From Rhizomicrobium sp. (GTDB lineage Bacteria > Pseudomonadota > Alphaproteobacteria > Micropepsales > Micropepsaceae), in NCBI GenBank assembly GCA_035549135.1, contig DASZRM010000093.1, positions 9,378 to 73,377 on the forward strand: DNA of 64,000 bases, written 5' to 3'. This document shows, piece after piece, positions 1 through 10,095 of the stretch. The notes beneath the pieces were generated by a model. The model searched no databases. It was not told where the DNA came from and saw nothing but the letters and a program-made list of their open reading frames with translations. How positions within the stretch are numbered: position 1 is the stretch's first letter; every line of letters begins with the position of its first letter. Both the position numbers and the translations under genes were made by a program.

Positions 1-978
1 CGAATTCTCGCCGCGCAGGATGCAGGACGGGTACTTCCATGTGATCGCCGAACCCGTTTCGACCTGCGTCCAGCTGATTTTGGAGTCGCGGCCGCGGCAA
101 TCGCCGCGCTTGGTGACGAAATTGTAGATGCCACCGAGTCCATTCTCATCGCCTGGATACCAATTCTGTACCGTCGAATATTTGATCTCCGCGCCGTCAA
201 GCGCGACGAGCTCGACGACTGCGGCGTGAAGCTGGTTTTCGTCGCGCTTCGGCGCGGTGCAGCCTTCGAGATAACTCACATAGCTGCCTTCGTCGGCGAT
301 AATCAGCGTCCGCTCGAACTGGCCCGTTTCGCTTGCATTGATGCGGAAATAGGTCGAAAGCTCCATCGGACAGCGCACGCCCTTGGGCACGTAGACGAAC
401 GTGCCGTCGGAAAACACCGCCGAGTTCAACGTCGCGAAGAAATTGTCGGTGACTGGCACCACGGAACCCAGATATTTGCGCACCAGATCCGCATGATCGC
501 GGATGGCCTCCGAGATCGGGCAGAAAATTACGCCCGCCTCGTTGAGCTTTTGCTTGAAGGTCGTCGCGACCGAGACGGAATCGAACACCGCGTCGACGGC
601 GACGCCCGCGAGCAGCTTCTGCTCCGAAAGCGGGATGCCCAGCTTGTTGTATGTTTCGAGAAGCTTGGGATCGACCTCCTCGAGGCTCTGCTTCTGCGGC
701 GTTCTCTTGGGCGCCGCATAGTAGTAGGCGTTCTGGTAGTCGATCTTGGGATAGCGCACACGCGCCCAGGTCGGCTCGCGCATCTCGACCCAGCGCCGGA
801 ACGCGCCCAGCCGCCAGTCCAGCATCCACGCCGGCTCGTCCTTGCGGCCGGAGATGAAGCGGACAGTGTCTTCGTTCAGTCCCTTCGGCGCGCGCTCCAT
901 CTCGATATCGGTGACGAAGCCGTATTTGTACTTTTCGCCGAGCGCGGCGACTTTCTCGCGGGTCTCGATCGCGGCCAT
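1..978 (-). CDS. sufB: Fe-S cluster assembly protein SufB (first 326 codons; C-terminus runs off the left window edge)
   Basis: Hand translation of reverse strand from ATG 978-976: [63 protein letters not shown]...[23 protein letters not shown]...[26 protein letters not shown], open in frame to position 1. Absent from ORF track (no stop in window). Start overlaps stop of upstream desulfurase (TAATG). Confidence 0.9.
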   Translation of the reverse strand, partial: MAAIETREKVAALGEKYKYGFVTDIEMERAPKGLNEDTVRFISGRKDEPAWMLDWRLGAFRRWVEMREPTWARVRYPKIDYQNAYYYAAPKRTPQKQSLEEVDPKLLETYNKLGIPLSEQKLLAGVAVDAVFDSVSVATTFKQKLNEAGVIFCPISEAIRDHADLVRKYLGSVVPVTDNFFATLNSAVFSDGTFVYVPKGVRCPMELSTYFRINASETGQFERTLIIADEGSYVSYLEGCTAPKRDENQLHAAVVELVALDGAEIKYSTVQNWYPGDENGLGGIYNFVTKRGDCRGRDSKISWTQVETGSAITWKYPSCILRGENS

Positions 979-2120
979 TACGCCGCCTCCCGCGCGCGCC
1001 GCCGTCCGACAAGTTTGGCCAGCGACGCCAGCGCCGCGTCCACATCGTCCTCGGTTGAGTTCCAGCCGAAGCTGACGCGCAACGCGCAGCGGGCGAGTTT
1101 GTCGCTCACCCCCATGGCCCTGAGCACATGAGACGGTCGCACCTTGCCCGACGAACACGCCGCTCCGGAACTGACCATCACGCCGTCGAGATCAAGGGCC
1201 ATCAATGCCGTTTCCGACGCAACGCCAGGCAGCGCAAAGTTCGAAGTGTTGGCGAGACGGGGGGCAGCTTCGCCGAAAATCACCGCATCAACCGCGATGC
1301 TTTTCAGGCCATGCTCGAAACGATCGCGCAAGACCGATCCCTCTTTCCGCAAGGCGGCGGCAGCCGCGCCGAATCCAGCAACCCCCAAAAAGTTTTCCGT
1401 GCCGGCGCGAAGGCCGCGCTCCTGCCCGCCGCCCAGAATTTGAGGCGCAAACGGAGCATCCTTACTAACGATCAATGCCCCGACGCCTTGCGGACCGCCG
1501 ATCTTATGTGCGGAAAGGGATACATAGTCCGCTTCGAATGGCGCATTCAACTTTCCGGCGGCCTGCACCGCATCGGTGAGCGTCAGCGCGCCGGCCTCAT
1601 GCGCCAAGATCATCACCTCGCCCAGCGGCTGTATGACGCCGGTCTCGTTGTTCGCAGCCATCGCGCAAACGAGCGTCCGCCCTCCATTCTCGCGCAACTG
1701 GCCGCGCAGCGCGTCCAGATCGATGAGGCCTTGCGGCGAGACGATCAAGATGTCCACGCGAAGTCCGGGAATCTGCTGAGCGAGCGAAAAGGCGTTTGCG
1801 AGCACGCTGTCATGCTCGACCGCCGAAACCAATATCCGCATGATAGGTCCGCCGGACCGCGCCGCACAGCGCAGGGCGCCGGACAACGCCAGCCAATTCG
1901 CCTCCGTGCCTCCGCTCGTGAAGACGACCTCCTGCGGCCGGCGGCCGGCGAGCGTGGCGATACGGTCGCGCGCTTCCTCAATGAGCGCCCTGACGGCGCG
2001 ACCTGCTCCGTGTACGGAGGAAGGGTTGCCACAGAGCGCCATCGCGCGCTCCATCGCGGCCTTTGCTTCCGGACGGAGCGGAGACGTGGCGTTGTGGTCA
2101 AGGTATCGCATTTGGCGCAT
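978..2120 (-). CDS. cysteine desulfurase, NifS/IscS-like class V aminotransferase
   Basis: 380-aa ORF: [14 protein letters not shown]...[13 protein letters not shown]...[18 protein letters not shown]...SSGAACSSG; sits between Rrf2 regulator and sufB, 1-nt overlap with sufB start. Confidence 0.88.
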   Translation of the reverse strand: MRQMRYLDHNATSPLRPEAKAAMERAMALCGNPSSVHGAGRAVRALIEEARDRIATLAGRRPQEVVFTSGGTEANWLALSGALRCAARSGGPIMRILVSAVEHDSVLANAFSLAQQIPGLRVDILIVSPQGLIDLDALRGQLRENGGRTLVCAMAANNETGVIQPLGEVMILAHEAGALTLTDAVQAAGKLNAPFEADYVSLSAHKIGGPQGVGALIVSKDAPFAPQILGGGQERGLRAGTENFLGVAGFGAAAAALRKEGSVLRDRFEHGLKSIAVDAVIFGEAAPRLANTSNFALPGVASETALMALDLDGVMVSSGAACSSGKVRPSHVLRAMGVSDKLARCALRVSFGWNSTEDDVDAALASLAKLVGRRRAREAA

Positions 2121-2125
2121 CGAAT

Positions 2126-2593
2126 TCAGGCGGCCGCTCTTTCCTCGGATGGGCTGTTGCAGGGCCGCGCGCGTCCGAGAACCCGTTTTTCAACGACATC
2201 GGCAAGAGAAACGGACGAGAGGAACACCTGGATTTGCCGTCCCAACTCTTCCCACAGATCATGGGTCACGCAGCGGCCGCTGGCGCCGGTGCAGCCCTTG
2301 GGGCTTCCCGCGCGGCACCGGGTCGCCGTGATCGGTTCGTCGACAGCCATAATTATATCTGCGATGCGAACCTCAGGTGACGGACGACTCAAACGATAGC
2401 CGCCGCCGGGGCCTCGGACGCTCGTAACCAGCCCTCCACGACGAAGCTTGGCAAAGAGCTGCTCAAGATAGGACAATGAGATTTCCTGGCGTTCGGCGAT
2501 GTCGGCCAGAGAAACCGGCCGCCCGCCGCCCTCATGCCCAGCCAAATCGGCCATCGCCATCACCGCATAGCGTCCCTTAGTGCTCAGCCGCAT
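2126..2593 (-). CDS. Rrf2-family transcriptional regulator (IscR-like)
   Basis: MRLSTKGRYAVMAMADLA...SLADIAERQEISLSYLEQLFAKLRRGGLVTSVRGPGGGYRL plus Cys-containing C-terminal half (RCRAGSPKGCTGASGRC). I prefer ATG at 2593 (GGAGAG 4 nt upstream) over the TTG at 2605 used by the ORF track. Confidence 0.85.
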   Translation of the reverse strand: MRLSTKGRYAVMAMADLAGHEGGGRPVSLADIAERQEISLSYLEQLFAKLRRGGLVTSVRGPGGGYRLSRPSPEVRIADIIMAVDEPITATRCRAGSPKGCTGASGRCVTHDLWEELGRQIQVFLSSVSLADVVEKRVLGRARPCNSPSEERAAA

Positions 2594-2694
2594 GTGGCTC
2601 TCCAACTTCTCGCGCGTTTTCCTTGCTTGTTAGGGGGGCCTTTGGTGTAAAAGCGCACCCCGCGCGCGACGCATTTTCCTTGTCCGGATATAGA

Positions 2695-2719
2695 TTTCCT
2701 GACTGTAGCGGTCAAGTAT
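2695..2719. promoter_or_regulatory. candidate IscR/Rrf2 operator (type-1-like box) in the Rrf2-desulfurase-sufB promoter region
   Basis: TTTCCTGACTGTAGCGGTCAAGTAT compared by eye with the E. coli IscR type-1 pattern ATASYYGACTRWWWYAGTCRRSTAT: about 19/25 positions fit, including GACT, 3/4 of AGTC and the terminal TAT. Contains TGAC-N7-GTCA inverted repeat about 100 bp upstream of the regulator start. Confidence 0.35.
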
Positions 2720-2860
2720 TGGGAAAGATGGTGTCACAAAATATGACCAAGCCATTGAAATACTTATGTTGTACAGACCAATCCCATCCTTGTCAGTACC
2801 GAGTGAATCGCTCGGAAATTGCGCTGGGGCGCGTGGCCCAAGCGGCTAGCCGGACCGCCC

Positions 2861-3517
2861 ATGCCTGACATCATTCTCCCGGGTCCGGCGGGGCGGATCG
2901 AGACCAGGTTTCAGCGTCAAAAGGCGGTCGGAGCGCCCATGGCGCTGGTGCTTCATCCCCACCCGCAGTTCGGCGGCACGATGAACAACCCGCTGGTCTA
3001 CGACCTGTTCCACATGTTCCACGGGCTGGGCTGCACAGCTGTGCGGTTCAATTTCCGCGGCGTCGGTCGAAGCCAGGGGTCCTTCGATTCCGGCGCAGGG
3101 GAACTGTCCGATGCGGCGGCCGTGCTCGACTGGATGAACACGCTCTATCCCAATCCGTCCAATGTCTGGGTCTGCGGAATCTCGTTCGGAGCCTGGATCG
3201 GCATGCAGCTTCTCATGCGGCGACCGGAGATCACGGGGTTCGTCTCCATCGCCCCGCCTGCGAGCATGTATGATTTCGCATTCCTTGCGCCGTGCCCCGC
3301 CTCCGGACTCATCGTGCACGGAACCCGCGACCAGGTCGTGCCGGAACCAGACGTCCAAAAGCTCGTCGACCGGCTTACGGCTCAAAAGGGCATCAAGATC
3401 ACCTATCAAAAGATCGAGGGGGCCAACCATTTTTTCGACAGGCACGAGGCCGACGTTGTCGAGGTGGTGAAAGAGTATGTTTCTCGAATGATGAGCTCGC
3501 CCCGCGTCGGCCGCTGA
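2861..3517 (+). CDS. alpha/beta-fold hydrolase
   Basis: ORF 2819-3517; ATG at 2861 gives MPDIILPGPAGRIE...LVLHPHPQFGGTMNN...RFNFRGVGRSQG...VCGISFGAW (GxSxG nucleophile elbow)...IVHGTRDQVV...ANHFF. Confidence 0.75.
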   Translation: MPDIILPGPAGRIETRFQRQKAVGAPMALVLHPHPQFGGTMNNPLVYDLFHMFHGLGCTAVRFNFRGVGRSQGSFDSGAGELSDAAAVLDWMNTLYPNPSNVWVCGISFGAWIGMQLLMRRPEITGFVSIAPPASMYDFAFLAPCPASGLIVHGTRDQVVPEPDVQKLVDRLTAQKGIKITYQKIEGANHFFDRHEADVVEVVKEYVSRMMSSPRVGR

Positions 3518-3519
3518 GT

Positions 3520-4635
3520 TTATCTGCCCCGCGGCCGATGCAGCTTGCCCCCGGTGATGGGCTGGGGCGCGCCTGTCGTCGTGGGAAGGCTGAGCGGCAA
3601 GCCCTTCAGCGAGCGCGCAGCAAGATAGGCGAAGGCCTCCGCCTCGATGAAATCGCCTCGCCAGCCCGCATCCTCGGCGCTGAGAACCGGCGCGTTCACG
3701 CGGGCGCGCAGTTCTTCCATCAGCTTCGGATTTCGCCGCCCCCCGCCCATCACGATCCATGCCGTCGCGGGATCGGGAAAGTGCTCCCGCGCCAACGCGA
3801 CGGAAGCGGCGGTAAAGGCGGTCAGCGTCGCGGCCCCATCTTCGGGGCTTAAATGCTCGACCGAATCCGTGGTGAAATCCATTCTGTCGAGGGATTTGGG
3901 CGGCGCGCGGCGAAAAAATTCATTGTCGAGCATGTCGGTCAGCGCTTCGTCATTCACGCGCCCGCGGCGGGCCAATGCCCCCTCTTCGTCGAGCGGTTTG
4001 CCAATATGCCGCTCAGCCCAGTCGTCAATCGGCGCGTTGCCCGGCCCGGTATCGAATGCGATGATCTCGTCAGGTCCGACATAGGTCACGTTGGCCACGC
4101 CGCCGATATTGACCATGGCGAGAGGCGGCGTGAGCTCCTTTGCCTTGCGCGCCAACGCAGCATGGTAAAGCGGCACGAGGGGCGCGCCCTGTCCGCCCGC
4201 CTTGACGTCTGCGCTTCGGAAGTCGGTGATGACCGGAATGCCGGTCAGCCGCGCGAGCAGGTCGCCGTCGCCGATCTGCCAGGTCCAACGGCGCTCCGGG
4301 CGATGCAGAATGGTCTGCCCGTGAAATCCGATCAACGCTATTTCGGCTGTGGTCAGCCCTGCGCCGCGCAACAGCTCGGACACCGCCTCGGCGTGCATTT
4401 CGGTCAAGCGGCGTTCGGCGTGCCGGATCGCGAAGGGCGTCGGAGCGCCTTCGGCGACTTCTTTGGCGTCCCCCAAAGCAGCATGGAGCATTAGCCGCGT
4501 CGCCGTGTCGTAGGGCACGGTCAGAGCCGGGCCGGGAACGGCCACCCCCTCTCCGTCCGTGTCGAGCAGCGCAGCGTCCACGCCGTCAAGCGATGTGCCG
4601 CTCATCAGCCCTATGACTTTCAGTATTTCCGCCAT
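3520..4635 (-). CDS. anmK: anhydro-N-acetylmuramic acid kinase
   Basis: 371 aa, N-terminus IGLMSGTSLDGVDAALLDTDG, later NIGGVANVTYV and FDTGPGNAPIDDW, characteristic of AnmK. Confidence 0.88.
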   Translation of the reverse strand: MAEILKVIGLMSGTSLDGVDAALLDTDGEGVAVPGPALTVPYDTATRLMLHAALGDAKEVAEGAPTPFAIRHAERRLTEMHAEAVSELLRGAGLTTAEIALIGFHGQTILHRPERRWTWQIGDGDLLARLTGIPVITDFRSADVKAGGQGAPLVPLYHAALARKAKELTPPLAMVNIGGVANVTYVGPDEIIAFDTGPGNAPIDDWAERHIGKPLDEEGALARRGRVNDEALTDMLDNEFFRRAPPKSLDRMDFTTDSVEHLSPEDGAATLTAFTAASVALAREHFPDPATAWIVMGGGRRNPKLMEELRARVNAPVLSAEDAGWRGDFIEAEAFAYLAARSLKGLPLSLPTTTGAPQPITGGKLHRPRGR

Positions 4636-4675
4636 TCGTGCTACACACCCGGCCCTTTCCGCGTCGGACTATAGC

Positions 4676-5923
4676 ATGGCGGCGTCACACGAATTTCGTT
4701 CGCAATTCTTGCGCAACTTCGTCGCGCGCGGCGCATATTACGACTGTTCCGCGCCGGAAGACCTGGACGACCTGTTCAACAGGGAACGCGTCACCGCCTA
4801 TATCGGCTTCGACTGCACCGCCAAGAGCATGCATATCGGCAATCTGGTCCAGTTGATGACGCTAAGGCGCCTTCAGCAGGCCGGTCACCGGCCCATCCTT
4901 CTGATGGGAGGCGGAACGACCAAGGCCGGCGATCCGTCCGGCAAGGACGAGACACGGCTGATCCTTTCGCCGCAACAGATCGAAGAGAACAAGCAAAGTA
5001 TGCTGAGCGGCGTGAGGCATCTTCTGAAATTTGGCGATGGCCCCAGCGATGCAATCATGGTCGACAATGCGGAATGGCTCGATAAGCTGGAGTACATTCC
5101 CTTTCTGCGCGAGGTCGGCCGTCACTTCTCCGTCAACCGCATGCTGACGATGGACAGCGTCAGGATCAGGCTGGAGCGCGAGCAGCCGATGTCGTTCCTC
5201 GAGTTCAATTACTCCATCATGCAGGCCTACGACTTCGTCGAGCTGTACAAGCGCTACGGATGCCGCCTGCAGTCGAGCGGTTCAGACCAGTGGGGCAATG
5301 TCGTCTCCGGCATCGACCTCGGCCGCCGGCTCGAAAATGTCCAGCTCTTCGGCCTGACCACGCCGCTGATAACGACGGCGTCCGGCGCGAAGATGGGCAA
5401 GACTGCGGCCGGCGCGGTCTGGCTGAACAAGGACATGCTCAGCGTCTACGATTACTGGCAATTCTGGCGCAACACCGAAGACGCGGATGTGGGCCGCTTC
5501 CTGCGCCTGTTCACTGATCTGCCGATCGACGAAATTGAAAGACTCGAGAGTCTGCGCGGCTCCGAACTCAATGATGCGAAGAAAATGCTTGCGACCGAGG
5601 CGACCGCCATTCTCCACGGGCGGGAGGCGGCTTGCATGGCCGCTGACACGGCGCGCAAGACATTCGAGGAAGGCCGTCTTGCAGAGGGTCTTCCGACGTT
5701 CAGCCTGAAGCTGCCCGACGGCGTCCTGAACCTGGCGGTGGCGACCGGCCTGGTCTCTTCGAACTCCGAGGCGCGCAAGCTGATCGCCAACAACGGGCTG
5801 AGACTCAACGATGTCGTCGTGAACGACCCCAAATTGCAGATCGACGAGACGGCGCTTACTTCGGACGGCGTCCTGAAATTGTCGAGCGGCAAAAAGCGCC
5901 ATGTCCTGGTGAAGCCGGCCTAG
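4676..5923 (+). CDS. tyrS: tyrosine--tRNA ligase
   Basis: From ATG 4676: MAASHEFRSQFLRNFVARG...YIGFDCTAKSMHIGNL (HIGH-type motif)...KMGKT (KMSKS-type motif) and C-terminal S4-like domain. The first 39 codons of the track ORF (4559) overlap anmK and look non-coding. Confidence 0.9.
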   Translation: MAASHEFRSQFLRNFVARGAYYDCSAPEDLDDLFNRERVTAYIGFDCTAKSMHIGNLVQLMTLRRLQQAGHRPILLMGGGTTKAGDPSGKDETRLILSPQQIEENKQSMLSGVRHLLKFGDGPSDAIMVDNAEWLDKLEYIPFLREVGRHFSVNRMLTMDSVRIRLEREQPMSFLEFNYSIMQAYDFVELYKRYGCRLQSSGSDQWGNVVSGIDLGRRLENVQLFGLTTPLITTASGAKMGKTAAGAVWLNKDMLSVYDYWQFWRNTEDADVGRFLRLFTDLPIDEIERLESLRGSELNDAKKMLATEATAILHGREAACMAADTARKTFEEGRLAEGLPTFSLKLPDGVLNLAVATGLVSSNSEARKLIANNGLRLNDVVVNDPKLQIDETALTSDGVLKLSSGKKRHVLVKPA

Positions 5924-8900
5924 GTTTTGGGAGGCGCCGGAGGGGTGGCCGGCGCAGAAGGCTTCTGGTTCGACGGAGCCTGCGCCGAATTGGGCATTCT
6001 GCCTTCGAAAATTCTCCGGAATATTCCAGGCGTCAACACAGAGAGCGGATTGACGCCGACATTGGGCCGGTCGGCGTTGCCGGAAATCGAGTAGGTCATT
6101 CCGAAGACGCCTTCGCCCTTTTTCGATACCAAGACGTCCCCCAAAAGGGGAATTGCCCCTAGCACGCTATTGATGCCGAAGAGCGGCACCAACGTTCCCT
6201 TCAACGCAATGGCGTCCTTTGGCCGGTCAATGTAACCGTCCGCGGTCAAACCAATCGCTGGTCCCGTCGCGCGCGCGCCCTTGATGTCGACGACGCCGCC
6301 TCTCGACGAAAAGGGAATGTCGAACTTGTCTACCGCGATCCCTTCGCCCTGCATCAGATTGATCAGGCCGTCGAGCGAACCTGCGGAGAAAAGTCGCGTC
6401 AGGAACGGCTGATTGAGGACCTTGAAATCCCGGATGGACAGCTTGCCCCAATAGTCCGGCGCATTGGTCTTCAGGTCGGATTTGTCGGTCCGCGCCGGAA
6501 AGGTCGCGGCGAGTTCGATCGCCCCGCCGCGCAGGCTGGCAAATCCAAACAGACCCTTGGCGAGCAGCCCTGCGTCATTGGTCGCAAAGGTCAGTCGGCG
6601 GCCGTTTGCGCCGGGCGCAATCGCAGCCGTGACATTGGCGGATTTCGAAAGCGAGCCGCTCAGCGACAGACTCGACGGACGGTCGCCGACGCCCGCGACG
6701 TCGAGCGAGAACGGCGAGACGGTCACACCGTCACGCAACACCAGCCGATCGAGCCTGATGCTTGCGCGGTAGGGCCCGCGCAACGTCGTCTCGTCGCCGG
6801 CCGCTCCGCCGGCGCCACCGTGACCTGCAAGCTTTGAGCCGTCGAGGGAATGGCCCCGCACGGCAATCTCTTCGCCTGACGGGCCGCGCGTGAGGCTCAA
6901 GTTGAAATCATTCGCGGAACCGAACCGCACCGCGGGGAGAGAGAGAGCCGCAAGTTTGCCGCCCTCGTCGAACGTGGCCGTTCCGTTGGCGGCGATACCG
7001 GGACCTGCGATCTTGACGGTCTCCGCGCGGATTACGCTGTCGGGACCGAACGTCGCGCTGACATGCGCCGTCGCGGGATATCCAGCGGGCTTGTCGAGAC
7101 CGATGAGATCGACTTCCAGAACCGATGGACCAAGATCCATGTTCATGTCGGCGGTGAGGAGCGCCCCGCGACGGCCAGTAAGAGTCCCGCTGACTATGGC
7201 CGGACCCTTGAGAAAACTTCCGGACTGGAAGTTCAATGCCGCGCGCGCCCCGGCGCCAAGAGGGCCTTTAACGGCGATATGGGTGGTGACGGGCTTGGCG
7301 TTGCCGAACTCCTCGGTCCAATCGAATGTCAGACGTGAATCCGCAAGCTGCGCCGAGCCGGTGGCATGCAGCTTCGAATTGCTAATGTCGAAATTGGCGG
7401 TCCCATCCGTCAGTCGGGCGCGCTCGCCGAGAGGTATCGACAATGCGCTCGCGGTGGCCTTCACCGCGATCCCTACGTCGCTCACGCTCAAATTCTTGCG
7501 CATGGGCAAATGGAACGACAAGTCGACATTCGTCGCGCCCTGAGTGTCGGCCGGATCGATTCCAAATCGATCCGGGTATTGCAGAGGCTTCATGTTCAAC
7601 AGCGAGAGCATGTCCGGCATCGCGCCGCTCATATGCGCGGTGAAGTCGCCGGGGGCTTCCGGAATGTGGAGGTTGGCGATGACAACCTGTCCGCGGGAAA
7701 CCTGCAACGGACCGACGCGGCCGGACGAGATGTCCGCCCGAAACGTGTCGCCGGTCAGCGTCGCGACGCCGCTGAGCTGGGTGAGATGCGTCAGACCCGT
7801 GAGATAATTGGCTTCGACGCCGCTCATAGGCACCGTGACCTTGAGCGCATTCTCGGCAAGCACGTCGGCGTCTAGCATCCCCGCGGGCATATGCGCCTCG
7901 AAAGAGACGATTCCCAACGATCCCGCCGTCATGTTGGCGTCGATCCATTGCCTGGCGCCTGCGCCGACGCCGAGCGGCCAATATCGGAGCAGTTCCCGCA
8001 GACGCAGCCCGGCCATCTGGCCCCTGAGTTCGACCGCAGGGGCCAAGCCTGGAACCAGTGTGAGCCTTCCCTGAGCATGCGCGGATAACGGGCCACCCGA
8101 CACCTCCGCGTGATCGACAATGATGGCCCGACTCGCTGCGTCGTAGCTCCCGCGCGCCTCGATCAGCCTGAGCGCAATGGGCCCGGCCAACACGCCGGGC
8201 ATGGCCAGCGCGATCTTGTCGACTGCAAGGTCGAAGCCTATGCGCTCCAGCGCGCCGCGTTCGTTTCGGCCGATATCGCAATGGCCAGAGAGGTGTGCCT
8301 TGGCCCCGCCTGCATTAAGCGATCCGTCGTCGATCAAGAGCCGACCGCTGGCTCCGTCGTAGCGGGCGACTAGTTGCGCGGCGTCCACCTTCAGCGGGCC
8401 TTTCTTCAAGCCCGGAATGGCGATGGATCCCTTGGCGCCGAGGCCGAAATCGGCGCTCAGCAGATGCGCGCCGCGCATGGTGAAGGATGCGGATAGGTCG
8501 AGGACGAGGTTGAGGCGTTTGACGGCGGCGAGGCCCTTAGCGTCGGAGCCGAGCGCGCGCAGGTCGATGCCGCGCAAGGCTATTTCGCCCTTTACGGGTC
8601 CCTTGTTCGGCGGAAGCGTGAATTCCCCAACGATGTGGGCCGGACGGCCCGCAATCTCAAGGTCTGCGTCCAACGATGCATTGAGATTTGGGCCGGCGGT
8701 GGCGACGTGGAAGTCGGCGCGCGGCGCCACGAGGAACAGTCCCGTCGTTTCATCGAAAAACGCGAGCTTGGCCTTGCGGATGGCGAATTCCTGCAGCGAC
8801 GACGCCTTGTCGCTGCGCATGGTGATGGCGTCGGAGATGCGATTAAGTATGTCGCTTTCGTTCTTGTCCTTTTCGACCCCAAGCCGCAGTCCGCCGCTGC

Positions 8901-9402
8901 GCGTACGCACGAGGGCGAGCTGGACGCCGACCAGGGTTATGCGCCGTACGACCGTCTTGCCATGAAGCAGCGGTCCCGCCGCAAGATCGATGTCCGCCTC
9001 CGGCGCCTGGGCGATAATGCGCCCACCCGCGTCGAACACCTTGGCGCCCAGGATCACCAGATTGACCCGGCCCTGGTCGCGCGACCATTCGATCGCGGCC
9101 CGGTCGTAGCGGACCGATATTCCGGGAAGCGCGCTGGCGATTGCGTTGGGCAGAGTGTCGCCCAGCGGTCCCAGAGACACCGGGCCGATCATCAGCCGGA
9201 TCGCCGCGCCAACCGCGAAAAACAGAATGGCTGCTGCGACCCCGCCGGCGCACAGAGCGGCGCGGCTGAGATGATGGGCCTTGATATAAGTTCCGAGCAA
9301 CAATCGAAGATTCCGTCCAGGCGGCGAGGCCGACGCGGCCAGGCTGCTATTGCCGCCGAATGAGGCCGAAGCAGGGCCGTGATCTTCTCTTATGGATTGC
9401 AA
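5920..9402 (-). CDS. large AsmA/YhdP-like envelope protein (N-terminal TM anchor, repetitive beta-rich body)
   Basis: 1160-aa ORF with one N-terminal TM (ALCAGGVAAAILFFAVGAAI), long Gly/Ala/Leu/Val beta-rich body and conserved-looking C-terminal end (GTLVPLFGINSVLGAIPLLGDVLV...GVFGMTYSISG). Start is TTG at 9402 in the track; true start uncertain. Confidence 0.6.
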   Translation of the reverse strand: MQSIREDHGPASASFGGNSSLAASASPPGRNLRLLLGTYIKAHHLSRAALCAGGVAAAILFFAVGAAIRLMIGPVSLGPLGDTLPNAIASALPGISVRYDRAAIEWSRDQGRVNLVILGAKVFDAGGRIIAQAPEADIDLAAGPLLHGKTVVRRITLVGVQLALVRTRSGGLRLGVEKDKNESDILNRISDAITMRSDKASSLQEFAIRKAKLAFFDETTGLFLVAPRADFHVATAGPNLNASLDADLEIAGRPAHIVGEFTLPPNKGPVKGEIALRGIDLRALGSDAKGLAAVKRLNLVLDLSASFTMRGAHLLSADFGLGAKGSIAIPGLKKGPLKVDAAQLVARYDGASGRLLIDDGSLNAGGAKAHLSGHCDIGRNERGALERIGFDLAVDKIALAMPGVLAGPIALRLIEARGSYDAASRAIIVDHAEVSGGPLSAHAQGRLTLVPGLAPAVELRGQMAGLRLRELLRYWPLGVGAGARQWIDANMTAGSLGIVSFEAHMPAGMLDADVLAENALKVTVPMSGVEANYLTGLTHLTQLSGVATLTGDTFRADISSGRVGPLQVSRGQVVIANLHIPEAPGDFTAHMSGAMPDMLSLLNMKPLQYPDRFGIDPADTQGATNVDLSFHLPMRKNLSVSDVGIAVKATASALSIPLGERARLTDGTANFDISNSKLHATGSAQLADSRLTFDWTEEFGNAKPVTTHIAVKGPLGAGARAALNFQSGSFLKGPAIVSGTLTGRRGALLTADMNMDLGPSVLEVDLIGLDKPAGYPATAHVSATFGPDSVIRAETVKIAGPGIAANGTATFDEGGKLAALSLPAVRFGSANDFNLSLTRGPSGEEIAVRGHSLDGSKLAGHGGAGGAAGDETTLRGPYRASIRLDRLVLRDGVTVSPFSLDVAGVGDRPSSLSLSGSLSKSANVTAAIAPGANGRRLTFATNDAGLLAKGLFGFASLRGGAIELAATFPARTDKSDLKTNAPDYWGKLSIRDFKVLNQPFLTRLFSAGSLDGLINLMQGEGIAVDKFDIPFSSRGGVVDIKGARATGPAIGLTADGYIDRPKDAIALKGTLVPLFGINSVLGAIPLLGDVLVSKKGEGVFGMTYSISGNADRPNVGVNPLSVLTPGIFRRIFEGRMPNSAQAPSNQKPSAPATPPAPPKT

Positions 9403-9482
9403 ACAGCGCCTAAAGCCAAGCCCCTTGCACGCAGGCGCCCATCGCCTTATCGGCAGGTGGCGATAAGCTCGGGAGTTCCCCC

Positions 9483-9947
9483 ATGGACCTAGAACCCGGC
9501 GATAAGGCGCCCAGTTTCACGCTCGCCACCGATGGCGGAGGCAAAATATCCCTGGCGAAGCTCAAGGGCCGGCCTTTTGTTCTCTATTTTTATCCGAAAG
9601 ACGACACCTCCGGCTGCACAAAGGAGGCCGTCGCATTTTCCGAGAACATGAAGAAATTCGATAAGTTAGGCGTCAATCTTGTGGGTGTTTCTAAAGATAG
9701 CGTTGCCTCTCATGACCGTTTCAAGACGAAATATGGGCTCAAGTTGACGCTGGCCTCCGATCCTGATGTGGCGACCGCGAAAGCCTACGGAGTCTGGGTC
9801 GAAAAGAGCCTTTATGGCAGGAAATACATGGGCATGGAGCGCGCCACCTTCCTCATCGACAGCAAAGGCGTGATCCGGGAAATCTGGCGCAAAGTCAAAG
9901 TCGCCGGTCACGTGGAAGCGGTGTTCGCCGCCGCGAAAGCCCTTTGA
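9483..9947 (+). CDS. bcp: thioredoxin-dependent thiol peroxidase (Bcp / PrxQ)
   Basis: 154 aa, FVLYFYPKDDTSGCTKEA peroxidatic Cys motif, GVSKDSVASHDRFKTKYGL. Confidence 0.9.
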   Translation: MDLEPGDKAPSFTLATDGGGKISLAKLKGRPFVLYFYPKDDTSGCTKEAVAFSENMKKFDKLGVNLVGVSKDSVASHDRFKTKYGLKLTLASDPDVATAKAYGVWVEKSLYGRKYMGMERATFLIDSKGVIREIWRKVKVAGHVEAVFAAAKAL

Positions 9948-10095
9948 GCTCGCCCGGACGGATCGGCAGGCGCTTCGCGCCACGGTTAACCTCCCGGTCG
10001 TTTTTCTGGGCTAAGAGCTTGATCAAGCGCCGACAAATAGGTGAAATGCCTTCAACAGGGGTCGGCGCCGAACGCGCGCAAAAGGGAAGTCAGGA

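Noticed and set aside
197-1131. 282-aa (minus) and 301-aa (plus) ORFs at the left edge
   Set aside because: Both overlap the hand-translated sufB frame (1-978, minus), which gives a near-textbook SufB N-terminal sequence. The track ORFs are in other frames or on the other strand, and are Arg-rich.
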